The notes below the pieces were generated by a model. The model saw only the letters and a list, made by a program, of their open reading frames with translations. It searched no databases and was not told the origin of the DNA. A stretch of DNA of 64,000 nt from Octopus sinensis. Taxonomy: Eukaryota. The DNA lies in assembly GCF_006345805.1 (NCBI RefSeq), contig NC_043005.1, positions 23,994,001-24,058,000 on the forward strand, read 5' to 3'. Position numbers and translations under genes: made by a program. Below are positions 36,170 to 49,293 of this stretch, one piece after another (position 1 is the first letter of the stretch; each line of letters opens with the position of its first letter).

Positions 36170-39100
36170 AAATGGCAATGAAGAATTACCGAAGGAAATC
36201 ATCAAAAACTTTGAACAGAATCTTAGTAGTTATAGTCATGGAAGAAACGGAAAGAATAAAACACAAACACTTATAGCCGCGAACTCAACAAGAACTTGTG
36301 TAATTGGTATAAATTGTCGAAGAAAGAGCGACTGTATGGACTACATGTAAAAAAATGAAAATATGCCTGGACAAACTTCACCCAGATCTTATTTATTTCA
36401 AGAGAAGTAATTTCCCCCACAAATAAAACTCGTTAAATGTAAAGGGAGAGTTTATGATTGAAATGGTATTCACAAAACACTGATGAGTGGAGAAATAACT
36501 GACACAGACATCCTTCTAGAACACAAACGCTTAGAGTAAGGAAGACTTCATATCATAAGAGACATAAGACTGGCAGCCAGTCATTTAACTTGTAAGTTTG
36601 ATTGCCAGTATTTAATGGCTACTCTGTAGTTGTCAGAAGGACAATAGAAGTAGTCACAATCCTATTTGTATTTACAAAAACATTTATTCCCTGTGATATT
36701 TTATGAGGAAATAATATTTAGTTTCAAAAAATATCCAAACATTCTTTCTTTTACAAGAGTTGATAAGTAAACTACTAATTTGACGTTACTTATACTTACT
36801 GATATCAAGTGTGAATATTCACAACACGGTAATGTCTCTTCATTTTTGGTAAATAAACATTCACCAGTTTTGATTCAGTCCTAACAAATGCTAGAGTACT
36901 ATTTAGAAATACTATGATGGATTTGAAAGTAGGGGAAGAAGTTCTAAATATTTTTGTTGCGGGGCGTAAGCTCCGATGTTTCCAGTGTGGCCAACTGGTC
37001 ACATTAAAAAATATTGTAAAGAAGGTGTAGAAGAATCAGACAGCGAGGAGGAAGGAAGAGAGAGAGAGAGAGAAACAGAAGGAAAAATAAACAACAAAGG
37101 AAAATGGAAGGCTCGAACCAGCAAAAACAGAGCGAGCCGAGACCAAAAAGAAAAAAAAAACAGCCAAGAGAGACAGACCGAGGATGGTGGTGGGGGGGGG
37201 GACGAACAGAGGAATAGCTGCACTACACAGCAAAAACAAAGGGAGATAAAAACCAAAAAATCAGCAACTAGATTAATTGAATATTAAAACTATGAATTTT
37301 ATGAATTGGACGAAAAAACGTATATCTTGTTTAACATCTAGAAAATCGGCCTCAACATTGAGACTTGATTTTCACCAATCTATGTCTGAAGGCTTGCCAT
37401 CGCCGACCCTAAGTCAAGAAAAGGTAGAGAGTCCCTCTCCACAGGACGCCCCGATCTACAAGGTAAGTCATGTCTATTCACATTGGCTATATAAATGTTT
37501 GTGGCCTGATGTCGCGTTGGAAGCAAGGGCTCTTTCTAAATGACATCAGGTCGAGAAATTTGGATGTAATTGTTGCAACGGAAACCCGGGTGAAGGGGCT
37601 AAGAGAACTGCTCCCCCTCCTGAACGGCTACGAGAAATACGTTTCTCCGAGTAGGGCGGGAGGTTAGGGTGGGGTGTTGGTCCTTCTGAAAAGAAACCGG
37701 GTTACCGAGAAAAAGTTGTTTTTTTTTTCTGACCCAGAAGGCAGGTTGGTCGTTCTTGACCTGACATTCAGTTGTGGCAAGATACTCAGGCTAGTCGCTA
37801 CTTATGCACCCAACATTATGGGCGCGCAAACTGAATATTTTCGTCATTTGGGCAAGTTCCTAGCCATGTCGCATTCGCTAGTATTGTTAGGAGAATTTAA
37901 TACAATATGTGAAGCACACACATATTGTGTTGGCTCGAACGTGAACAGAAAATGGAACCCAGACTTATGATATCTGCTAATTCAATTTCAGCTAGCAGAT
38001 ACATGTAGGTTGGCACACCCGAGCACTCCACAGTGGATGAGGTCAAATAGTGATGGGTCTTCTAGAACATATCTAGAGAGGATTTTAATTAGAGAAACAG
38101 ATAAGTCCATAGCCGAGTGTCCACAGTTTTTTCTAGTCAGCTACAGTGACCACAAGATGGTTATCTGTAAACTGACGGTAGATAAGTTGCATAGTCACGG
38201 ATCTGGCTACTGGAAACTCAATACTTCCTTTTGGTGATTGAGGAGTACAGAAAGCGGATCAAAATGTTAATACAGAGGCCATTAACAGGTGCCATCATTA
38301 ACAAATGGTGGTACGCCCTAAAAAGAGCCATCAAATATGAGTCTATTAGGTTTAGCATAAGTTTAGCTAAGAAGGAGATGGTCTAGTTAAGGAACTAGAA
38401 GAAGCCTAGAGGACTGGTAGTGCGGACCAAGCGAGGGTGAAAAGACTGGAGTTAAACCAGTATCTTGGAGCCCAACACATGGGAAGTATTGCCAGAGCTA
38501 AGTTACATGCGATGGGAAGTGAAGGAATCAAGGCCGCTGGATGGGCCCGAGTGGTGGAAGCTCGGCAAGGAAATAGTTTCACTATTCGGTTTTTGATGAA
38601 TCAAAATGGTGCCTCGGTAAACGAACCCGAGAAAATGTGTGAGGCCTTTCGGGAGTACTTCGTCCAGCTGTTCGGGGGTGACGGCGGTCCTGGTGGTGGG
38701 AGAGACCTTGAGGACTTTTTTGCTGGGCTGCCGTGTCTCTCGGGGTCGGATGCGGAGTCTTGCGAAGGGTCAGTCACGCCTGTGGAGGTTATGGAGGCTT
38801 TGGCCGACTGTAAAGCAGGTAAGTCGTCGGGACTTGATGGTCTTCCGTACGAGTTGTATAAATGTATACCAGACTTGTTCGGGCAACTACTGGCTGACGT
38901 GCACGCGAACTGGCAACAGAATGGGTTTATCCCTAGATCTGTGCGCCGGGGAGTAGTGACTTTGGTCAGAAAGGACCCGGACAAGTGGGACGTTTTAGAG
39001 AATTTCAGGCCCATCACTCTCTTAAATGTAGAAGTGAAGATTTTGGCCAAGGTCTTAGCAAAGAAGTTGGCGCGTGTCGCGAATGGTATAGTCGGGGAGA

Positions 39101-40670
39101 CACAAACATGTGCCATCCCAGGCTGAACCATTCAAGATACCCTCCATCTTATTCGCTATACCATATAGATGGTTGGTAATAAATCGGGCAAAGGTGGGGC
39201 ATTGGTACATTTAGACCAGACTAAAGCTTTTGATAGGGTTGACCATCGATACCTGGCGACTGTGCTTGCGCGGTTCGGCCTGGGCCTTGGCTTCCTCAGG
39301 TGGTTTATCGCTTTGTACCACAACATTGACTCGATAGTTCAGGTGAACGGTTTGCTTTCGAAGCCGTTCTGCATCAGACGCTCGGCTCGTGAAGGATGTC
39401 CGCTCTCACCACTTTTGTATGTGATGGCTCTCGAGCCCCTACTGCGAAGGTTGAGTGGCATCCCGAGAGAACCAGGTCTAGAGGAGTTTGTTACGGTTTA
39501 TGCGGATGATACCAATATCAGCGTAACCTCAGTAGCACGCCTGCACGAAGAGGGTAAGACTATTGAGGCTTACGAAGAGGTGGCAGGAGCAAAGAATAAC
39601 CGGGAAAAGTCGGTCGACTTGCAGCTCGGCACCTGGGCTGGCAAGTCGATGCCTTCAGACAGCGTTGTTGGGTGCTGGACGGAGGGACCGGTTAAGTTCC
39701 TGGGAATTTGGTTTGGACCAGGCCTCAAGATAGAGAAGAACTGGACGGAGGTATTGAGCAGGGAGGCTGCAGTAGTCAGCACCTGGTCTTGGCGGTCGGT
39801 GGATATCCCTGAAAGGGAGGGCAGAGGTGGCCCATGTGTTTATCGCATCGGTCATTACCTACCACCTGACCGTCTTGCCCTGTCCTGATTCGTGGTTCAT
39901 CAGGTTGCAGAGACAGCTCTTTCGCTTCTTGTGGAAGGGCAGGTCGCCACTTGTGAAACGCTCTGTCTGCTGTCAAAAGCCTTTAAAGGGAGGTTTAGGG
40001 ATGCCTTGGTTAATGAAGCGCAGACATGCGTTGAGGTTGAGGCACCTCTGGATTCTCCTGGATAATGAACGGGTGTGGTCTCCGCCTGCCAGACAAATGT
40101 TCCCCGAGTTCAAAAGTTTTTGCGAACAAGAAGCCTGGTGTTCTCGTAGACCAAGGTCGAGTAAGTGGCAGAAAGAGTGCCGTAAGGCCCTCTTGCTATT
40201 CCGTCGTTCGGGCAACGCCAGCGGTGAGGGTTTCACGCGGATTTTATATAGTGGGTTGGTAGAGTCTGAATGCGACGATGGCCTGGGGGCGGCTCTAAGT
40301 CTCGGGTTTATTCAACTGGACAGCCTGTTTCACTGTACATTCGGGTTGAGAACGTTGGACAACTTCCAAAAGTCCTTAACCTGATAATGCTACAGAGGTG
40401 CCTTCCCCGTTTGGGATAAGCTCGCAAGACACGGTAATCGTCAGTCGCCGACCTGTCCACGATGCGGGGTGGGGTGGGACGGGGATACCGTCCCTCACGT
40501 AGATAACTGAAATGTGGGCTTATGCTGAATACCTGTTGTCCGGCGAAGGAAGAGTACAGCTGTCGACCGAGTTAATTATAAAAATTGACCCACCGGGAGT
40601 TCTAACGAACGAAGGTAAGAACTGTTTTCTCACGGTTGTAGCAATAGCGAAAGAGGCAGTATGGAAGACT
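36170..40670 (+). mobile_element. Near full-length degenerate Tx1/L1-clade LINE (ORF1 with CCHC knuckle, APE endonuclease, RT, C-terminal finger)
   Basis: RCFQCGQ..GHIKKYC (about 36970); IGYINVCG..ATETRV, LGEFN, SDHKMV (37470-38230); NFRPITLLN, HLDQTKAFDRVDH, GCPLSPLLY, YADD; CPRCG (about 40455); 3'-truncated by a SINE. Confidence 0.9.
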
Positions 40671-40892
40671 TTCGGGGTCGATAAATAAAGTACCAGTTGC
40701 GTACTGGAGTCGATCTAATCCACTGCCCCCTCCCCTAAATCTTTTAGGCCTTGTGCCTAGTGTAGAAAAGATAATTTGAAAGAGTAGTTATCAATGAAGA
40801 AAATTAATTTTGAGACCGCTTAATTGATGGACTTTATGCTTAAAGGATTTTTTGAAGAAGCAGTGTTAACTGAATAAGTTCTCTTCATATAG

Positions 40893-40922
40893 TTTTATTC
40901 AATATCGGAACCAATGGAATTT
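40893..40922 (+). CDS. Candidate exon (30 nt; FYSISEPMEF if phase 0)
   Basis: TTCTCTTCATATAG acceptor and GTAAGG donor; all three frames are open, so the frame is ambiguous. Confidence 0.35.
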
Positions 40923-41804
40923 GTAAGGGTTTCACTAGTGAAGTATGGCACTAAGCTGATGGTCATTTTTCGTACACAAATCATCATCGGATAATGTTAT
41001 TTAATCATTCAAATCAAAATTATGACACAGTTTCGATTAAAGTTCAACCGAATTGATCTCCTTTTAAATATTTATTATGCCATCTAGGAAACCATCGGTA
41101 TCAGCAACATTTTTTCAGCCGTGTTATAAAAAAAAAGAACAGAAAAAAAGAAGAAAGAAAAAAAAACTCAAAGAAACGATATATCTTAAGGATCCTAACG
41201 AAATTTCTTAAAAAATCAATTTTCCAATAAAAGTATTGATTTGAAAAGGCACCAACATAAATTATAAACCTTAATGCTTTCTTTTCCTTTTCTTATTTCT
41301 TTTATACAGTTGTTATAGTTTGTTCTTTTCCTTTTATCCTTCTTCAATCTCGTCGCAAGAATAAACTTAAAACATTTGTTTAGTAAATAAATACTCAAAT
41401 TTCTATTGAGAACAATACCATTCAGTATACAAAACCTATTGGGAGTAACCTCTGAAGAAACGCTTCAATCAATATCTTTTTTTATTATGATTGGTTTTGA
41501 TGTTGTTGTTATGGATTTTATAGTTACTTTTGTGTATCTAAGAAATTTATAAACACCTTTCTTTCAGTCACGTATACACAGAAACCCAAATGTACACAGC
41601 AAAGATACCTAACGGTGGCAAAATCCAGTCAGTTTTCATTTCCTCGACCAATTTCCGACTGAGACCGAACGTGAAAAATGCTTATCTATATTTCTTTTCT
41701 CTACCTTCTGAGCCCAAATCCTATCTGAAGTCTTGCTCTGTTGATTTTTCCCTTAGGGCCTGCTAAATATGTAAGCGATTCCATTTTCTATTTATTTGTC
41801 AAAG

Positions 41805-41835
41805 GATTCTTATCTAACAAGGCAGTATAACACAA
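41805..41835 (+). CDS. Candidate exon (31 nt, phase 0 to 1): DSYLTRQYNT
   Basis: TTTATTTGTCAAAG acceptor and GTAAGT donor; bridges the phases between 40922 and 41890 but needs a 54-nt intron. Confidence 0.3.
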
Positions 41836-41889
41836 GTAAGTAATCTTGTTTCTTTGAAAGGGGCCAATAACTAGTAGACCCCTACCTAG

Positions 41890-41985
41890 ATTGGATGACA
41901 CGCAAGGAAGTCAAACACAATGTGCACTGGGTATTTAGTTTAACTCCCGCTTGGATAAATTTTGATACTCAGTCTCCCGTAGTCG
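41890..41985 (+). CDS. Candidate exon (96 nt, phase 1 to 1): WMTRKEVKHNVHWVFSLTPAWINFDTQSPVV
   Basis: Open frame in unique DNA with a G|GTAAGT donor; acceptor position uncertain (41878 or 41890). Confidence 0.5.
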
Positions 41986-43349
41986 GTAAGTAACAGTTAC
42001 AGTACTGGGGTTGATATAATTGACTATAACCATTGTCCTGATTTGTAGCTTTGCGTCTATGTTAGAAATATGTAATTTATAATCGGTAGGAAGGCGGAAT
42101 GACAGAATCGATAGAGCAATCTGTCGGATTGTGTTGTAGCATTTAGTTGCTTTCCTTTGTATCCTCAGCTGAAATCTTATTGATGTAGACATTGCCGTCA
42201 TCTTTCTAGAGTCAATTATATAAAGTATCAATCATATACGGGGTCAATTTAATCGATTTCATCGTGAGGCATTTGGTAACTTGATCACTGGTATGGTTGT
42301 GTCGTTAAGAAACGCACTTTGTCACTACGTTATTTCCGGGTCAGTCACACTAAGCAACACCACAAGTAAGTGTCCTCTAGTATAGGACTGTGCCAACAGG
42401 TGACTTGGGATGCGTGGGCCCAAAGCTATTCTATATTTTTCCAAAATGACTGAGAGACCTACATGGTGTGATGTAAGTGCTTTTCAAACGAAACTTGATC
42501 TCTTCTTGTCAAGGGTTCCAGAGGAGCCTACCTTACGACAGGAAATACATGAGAGCAGCGGTATTAAACTTCCTCATTGATTAAATGCCGCATTTCAGAG
42601 GAGGTTTCAAATAATGGTGTAGCAAAGTCAACGTTGGTGCCCCAGTATGACCGCAGCTTTGAAACTGAAGCATTTCAAGAATTTATATATGGATATATAT
42701 ATATATGCATTTATTATTAATTATTTAGATATATCTCGATTTCATCTATTTCATCATCTTCTGGTCGAATGGCCAATCCCGCTCAAAAGGTCCCTGAATA
42801 AGGATTGTTTAAGTATGTTGAATGAACCACACATGTTTCTAAAGGTGAATTATCTAAACCTCCAAGAATTCCTTTCAACACACGGCTATGATGCTCCCCA
42901 CTACTTCTGCTCGTGATCAGAGATGCAGATATCGTCAGCCACTAAGGGACATGTTCAACTGGTTAAGATCAAACAACTGACAAGCAAACCCGTGGTATTG
43001 AGCAGAATATTTGCTGTAGCCCATCTTTTATACCAAGACAAAACAATGTACATGATAACACTTCCAATCAGTTAAGATCAGAAGCCATGAGAGCCACTGT
43101 CTGGTGTTGCATCAGGGCATATTATTATTATTATTATCATTATTGTTATTATTATTATTATATAATATTAGCTGGGGTTAGCTCATCATATATTCATATA
43201 TATATATCTAATATATATATATACATATAAGTTTTTGCTATGAGCTAACTAGAATTCTTAGCCAAGGAAAATAATACTTTTTTCATGACAATAATAATAA
43301 TAATAATAACAATAATAACAATAACAACAACAACAACAACAATAATAAC

Positions 43350-43390
<41 letters not shown>

Positions 43391-43845
43391 TAATAATAAT
43401 AATAATAATGATAATGGGGAAAGTACGTGATATAAATAAGACTGAATAATCATTTCTGCTATAGTCACAATGCCTGAAATTGTGGGAGAGAGAGTTAGTC
43501 AATTACATCGAGCCCCATTACGTAACTGGTACTTATTTCATCGACCCCCGAAAGGATGAAAGGCAAAGTCGACCTTGGTAGAATTTGAACTACGTCCGTG
43601 ACGACGACGAAGGTTCCTATTGATCCGATCAACAGAACAGCTTCCTCGTAAAATGGACGTGCATATGGCCGAGAGATTCCGCATGACATAAGGTGTGACA
43701 GGGCTGGCACTTTCAAATACAGGTACAACTCATTTTTGTCAGCTGGGTGGACTGGAGTAACATGAAATGAAGTGTGCTGCTCAAGGACACATCGCTTCGT
43801 CGGGAATTGAACTCATGACCTTATGATACTGCCCAAGACTTGCTT

Positions 43846-45235
43846 CTCATTGAAATGGACTTCTACCACTACTAGAAGGAAATATACTAGGTGAACCAGG
43901 AAAAACAAAGGAAAATAACTTCTCGGCCGCCGTAGGCGGAAAATTTAATGAAGAAGAAAACCAACAAGGAAAACAAGAGGAAATAAAAAGAAGCAGCTTC
44001 TCGACCGCCATAGACAGGAAATTTCAGGAAATCAAAACCACCAAAGGACAACTATTGAAGTACAGAAATATGGTAAAAAAAAAACAGGGAACGAAACAAA
44101 ATTAATACCACCAAAAGAAATAATACAGAGTTTGGCGGAGAAAACAGTTGTATATAAGATATACAACAGAAAGGAAAAAAGAATAATGTCAATGAAAAAT
44201 GACATTATCGAAAGATGCCTCGCCCCCATATGGGAAAAAAATACGCAGGACGCAGTCCTAGAATAGTGACAGTAGCGGCACAGTTCAAAAGTGCCGACAT
44301 TGCAAAAGAAATCTCAACAGAGACACTAAGAACGGAACAAGTAATGCTGTTACCAACATACCTAGGTCAGAGAGCTGCAAAAATTGTAATTGAAGAGAAT
44401 CCGACCGGGTATGACCGGATAACGGGAACAGTCATATACGACGCAGAAAAAGAAATAAATATACTAAATATACTAAAATGGAAGCAATTAACTGGAAGGA
44501 TCAGGCGCTCGAATTGTTGGTTCAAGCGTCAAACGAAACATTAGAAACGAGGCCCGATAGAATATTTACAGGAGAGGGACTTAGTGCAAGAGTGTCGGGG
44601 GGAAGGCGTCGACCCAGATGCTTCAAGTGTGGAGAAAAGGATCGCGTCCGTTCCGAGTCCGAAAAAGTAAAAAAAAAAAAATAATAATAAACAATAAACA
44701 ACTGAAGTCCCTCCCTAACAAGAGGGAAAACCACAGAAGAATAATAAACAATAAACAACTGAAGTCCCTCCCTAACAAGAGGGAAAACCACAGAAGAATA
44801 ATAATAAGGAAAAGGAAACAGGAAAAATACAATAAACAAAAGAAACAGAGAAAGAACAAGAAGAGACAGAAGGAAAAGAAAACACGGATTACACATTGGT
44901 AACCAACAAAAAAAAAACACCCCCGTCCTAGACTCCCCTCCTCCAAACAGAAAAAAAGAAAAAACAACGCAGAACACAAACAAAAAAAAACAGTCCCATC
45001 CACTTCCAAACGAAACCCTCCACAAGGTGAAAAAATAATTACATTTAATACGAATAACATAGTTATACAAACATTAATACAAGAGAAAAAATATGCAATG
45101 TGGGGACCGATAGAAGGGAAACCGCCACATTTATGGATGGCAAGATTGAGCATTAATGACTTTAAAAGTTTTTAAAATAGATATCCGGAAGTTATTTTAG
45201 ATGTAAGTGAGAGAATAGATAAAGAAAAAATTGTG
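43846..45235 (+). mobile_element. Tx1-related ORF1 (gag-knuckle) element D; no ORF2 seen
   Basis: FSAAVGG.., VMLLPTYLGQR.., RRPRCFKCGEK; 57-bp in-frame tandem duplication at 44684-44797. Confidence 0.7.
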
Positions 45236-45239
45236 CTGA

Positions 45240-46545
45240 GACCAGCAACTGCACCGGAAGGAGGAGGAAAGGACGACAATAGTCGTACGGCACCTCCTCA
45301 AGATTAAAAATAATCGTTGCCCACCTTTCGTTTTCGTTTTTTCGAGGAGGTTTTCACATTCTCTCCCTCCAGTGAGGGAGCAGGGAGTGGTGCTTGTATT
45401 AACTGCTCCATGACCCTATTTTGGCCCTTGGGGCAGCTTTTCTTGATGCGGCTGGTTTCCAGGCACAGGTGATACTTGTGGGGGCGTCTCTCGAGTATCA
45501 CCGGATACCTGGATCCAGTCATCCTAAAAAACTCTGGAAAAACCAGACTTTCAGCTGATTGGATCCATAGGGTCAAAACAGCTTTTGACCCCTTCCCAAT
45601 CAGCCGCAGGCAAAACTTTAACATTGAGCAAATTGGTACTGCTACCACCCAAACCCTGGCGGATAGAATCCTCTATCCATTCGGGCTCAATTCCGGGTGC
45701 CAACCGCAGCCCCAAGTCCTCGTCAACCTCTTTCCACAATAAGTGGGAAGGAACAGAATTTCATTGCCCACCAAGCGAAATCGCAAGCTTCTTGTGGGGA
45801 GTCAAATAGCAACCAGACCGTTATATATTTGAGCCCCCGTGAAATGTATTTAATAGCTGACATGTATTCTGCCATCTCTTTTTAATTAATGGCTTTCGGG
45901 AAGACGGCTATGGTAACGAGCGACTTGGAATAATTCCTCAACACCACCGTCTTCCTTTCAAACTCTTTAATCTATGTCTTGGGAGGTGTCAACACCCATT
46001 CTATCAATTCCCTTGCTATTTCAACAAAAAGTCCAAATAAAATTCACAAAACTTTTTTTAAATAAAGAAAGAAACACAAAAAAGAAAGACTCAACAGAAG
46101 GGAAGAAAAAATATAAGTAACGGTTCAATACAGTTTTTGTTTTCAACTAAATTATAGATGCAGAGAAGAGTTCAAATAATAGCAAAGAAAAGTATTTTCG
46201 GCCGTAAGGTACTCCTGGCCAATCCCTTGTGTAACCCACGCAGGCACAGTTCTTGAAAGTAGAGAATTAAATTCTCAAAAACAATTTGCAGAAAACTCCA
46301 CGCAGAAGTTCTCACAATGATTTGAGAAAACACACATACATTTCTACCTCCGGCAGACAAAAGCTCCGAATCCAGTAAGGACTCCTTGCTTGTACAAAAA
46401 ACCCCTCAGCCACCAAATCCCACTGGACTCAAAGAGCAAAATGTCTTACCTTACTGTAGAGCGTCTTTCAAATCAACTTTCGTCCGCTTCACACCAGCGT
46501 GACGACTTCAAAGGTACAATGAAGAACTCTAACGACTGTAACCGG
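45240..46545 (-). mobile_element. Tx1-related ORF1 element C (same family as 58552-59968); 5' end at the SINE-head target
   Basis: TVWLLFDSPQE..ILFLPTYCGKR.., RPHKYHLCLETSRIKKSCP; 5' flank AAGCAAGCTTCTT-ACCACACAGCCATTCCTG (46546-46577). Confidence 0.8.
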
Positions 46546-46617
46546 AAGCAAGCTTCTTACCACACAGCCATTCCTGCATCTATATGTACTGTCAGTAGAC
46601 TACCTTTTTTTCTTCAG

Positions 46618-46631
46618 CTTCAACTGTAATT
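46618..46631 (+). CDS. Candidate 14-nt microexon (phase 1 to 0): A-STVI
   Basis: CCTTTTTTTCTTCAG|CTTCAACTGTAATT|GTAAGT; joins 41985 and 48681 in frame (SPVV-ASTVI-DLSRG). Confidence 0.5.
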
Positions 46632-47074
46632 GTAAGTGAGAGCTAGGCAGCATTCATATTTTGGGGGTGGAATAGGGTCCATTCCATTGGAGGTTTTCAA
46701 GTTGGTCTCCAGTCTAATGATAAATTTCTTACCGGCCATAGCGTCCATCGTCTAGAACAAAAGTTGACAAACTTCTTAATGAGCAGGCTGAATTAGAACT
46801 GCTTTTTGCCTTAAAAGGCCATAAACATACGAGACAAATTTTTTTTAAAAAACTTTCCTGTTACATAACAGAAAAATTGCTTCATTTGAATCACCTGCAA
46901 AAATATCAATGTACTTTTCATTGCTGAAATTTTGTACATCATGTGTTTATTGAAGTCAATTCGATGGATGAAATGAGGCTACTAGCAGTAGCTAGCCAAC
47001 ATTTTCTCTTGACTGAGTCATGAATAAAGTATTATGTTCCTGGGCTAAGAATTCTATTTAGCTCATAGTAAAAA

Positions 47075-47115
<41 letters not shown>

Positions 47116-47211
47116 AATATATATTATATGAATATATGATGAGCTAACTCCAGCTAATATTATATAACAACAAGAACAACAAGAACAACAATAATGATAA
47201 TAATAATAATA

Positions 47212-47257
<46 letters not shown>

Positions 47258-47277
47258 TGATAATAATAATAATAATG

Positions 47278-47343
<66 letters not shown>

Positions 47344-47927
47344 TGCCCTGATGCAGCACCAAACTGGTTCTCATGGCTTCTGATCTTAACTGATTGGAAG
47401 TGTTATCATGTACATTGTTTTGTCTTGGTACAAAAGATGGACTACAACAAATATTCTGCTCAATACCACAGGTTTGCTTGTCAGTTGTTTGACCATAACC
47501 AGTTGAGCATGTCCCTTAGTGGCTGACGATATCTGCATCTCTGATCACGAGCAGAAGTAGTGGGGGAGCATCATAGCCGTGTGTTGAAAGGAATTCTTGG
47601 AGGTTTGGATAATTCACCTCTGGAAACATGTGTGGTTCGTTCAACATCCTTAAACAATCCTTATTCAGGGACCTTTTGAGGGGGATGGGCCACTCGGCCA
47701 GAAGAAAATTCTAACTGAGCCCCACCTGCAAGGTCATGTGATGTTTATCTTGATATGAGATCACCATGTCGTGCACATATGGTTGTGATGCATGTGCCTA
47801 GTGTGCCCTTATCAGACGGGTAGTCATGATGTGTATACTGGGCTTCGTATATTTTACCCCAGTGTCACTTTGATGGCATGCACCGTTCTCTCACTCAATA
47901 ATAATAATGATAGTAATAATCATAATC

Positions 47928-47992
<65 letters not shown>

Positions 47993-48262
47993 TAATAATA
48001 ATAATAATAATAATATGATATTATTATACTATGAGCCTTCCATAGTTGCTTTCCGCGTTTGTTTGCAAATATATACTTACATACATATACATATTAAATA
48101 CATATATATATATATGTTAGATATATATGTATTAAATATATATACATATATATATTAAATATATATGTATATATGTATTATATACATATATATGCATTAT
48201 ATATATGCATCATGTATATATATATATGTCAAATATATAATATATACTCTAATATAGGGAAC

Positions 48263-48600
48263 AAAATATTCAAAAAATGTTATCAGTGGCCAGCATATTA
48301 AAAAATATATTTTGAGGTGAAAATTATAAACAACTTATAGGTAAGGCAAAAAAAAAATTCCTATGCCAAATATACGGAGAATAGACTTTAAATCGTCAAT
48401 AACCACATATAATACAACACTTCGAAACGTGTGTTTATAGTGATAAATTATATGTGGTTATTGACGATTTAAATTCTATTTTCGGCATATTTTGCAAAGG
48501 AATTTTTTTCTTTTGCTCTTATTTATTAGTTGTTTATAATTTTCACCTTAAAAGGTATATTTTCTTATGCTGGCTACTGATAAAATTTCTTGAAAATTTT
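48263..48600. repeat. Imperfect palindrome (arms 48263-48413 and 48447-48600)
   Basis: AATCGTCAATAACCACATATAAT and ATTATATGTGGTTATTGACGATT flank a 33-nt loop. Confidence 0.85.
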
Positions 48601-48680
48601 ATCTTCTATTAGAGATGGTAAATTTATTACCATTCACTTCCGCACTGTCACTTACTCTATGAGGATTTTCAATCTGATAG

Positions 48681-48777
48681 GACCTGTCTCGAGGTGTATT
48701 GCAAAATTTGTATTTGGATATATTTAGGAAACTTAAGTGTACACATGACTTTGCCTCTGCTTCTTCCATGGGTGCAA
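48681..48777 (+). CDS. Candidate exon (97 nt, phase 0 to 1): DLSRGVLQNLYLDIFRKLKCTHDFASASSMGA
   Basis: TTTTCAATCTGATAG acceptor and A|GTAAGT donor; a second frame is also open. Confidence 0.5.
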
Positions 48778-48985
48778 GTAAGTATTTCATTTATTTCTTA
48801 ACGTATTCACCGCTGATGACGAGAAGATTTTTTATGAATTAACTCAGAAATCGGACAGATTCGGTAATAACGGATTTTTTAGAAATTTCTGTCAGCTTGC
48901 TTCGAGACGCGAGTATTGTGCATATATATATATATATAATATGTATATGTATATATATATAGATTGAATATACATATATGTATAT

Positions 48986-49017
<32 letters not shown>

Positions 49018-49018
49018 A

Positions 49019-49086
<68 letters not shown>

Positions 49087-49199
49087 CATATCTATATATA
49101 TATGCATTATATCTATTAAATATATATATATATATTAAATATACATATATGCATACTAAATATATATATATGTGTATATCAAATAAATATATTTGTATG

Positions 49200-49234
<35 letters not shown>

Positions 49235-49250
49235 TAATATATATATATAC

Positions 49251-49293
<43 letters not shown>

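Larger units (their letters stand above)
42770..47700. repeat. Long inverted repeat; arms at about 42770-43290 and 47010-47700
   Basis: Arms share a LINE-tail-like segment, the (ATT)n tract and the sequence beyond it (CTATGAGCTAACTAGAATTCTTAGCC versus GGCTAAGAATTCTATTTAGCTCATAG). Confidence 0.8.

Noticed and set aside
45125-45156. CATTTATGGATGGCAAGATTGAG resembles the 3' tail of elements A and B
   Set aside because: It sits inside a continuing reading frame of D (HLWMARL), with no target repeat after it; not accepted as D's 3' end.
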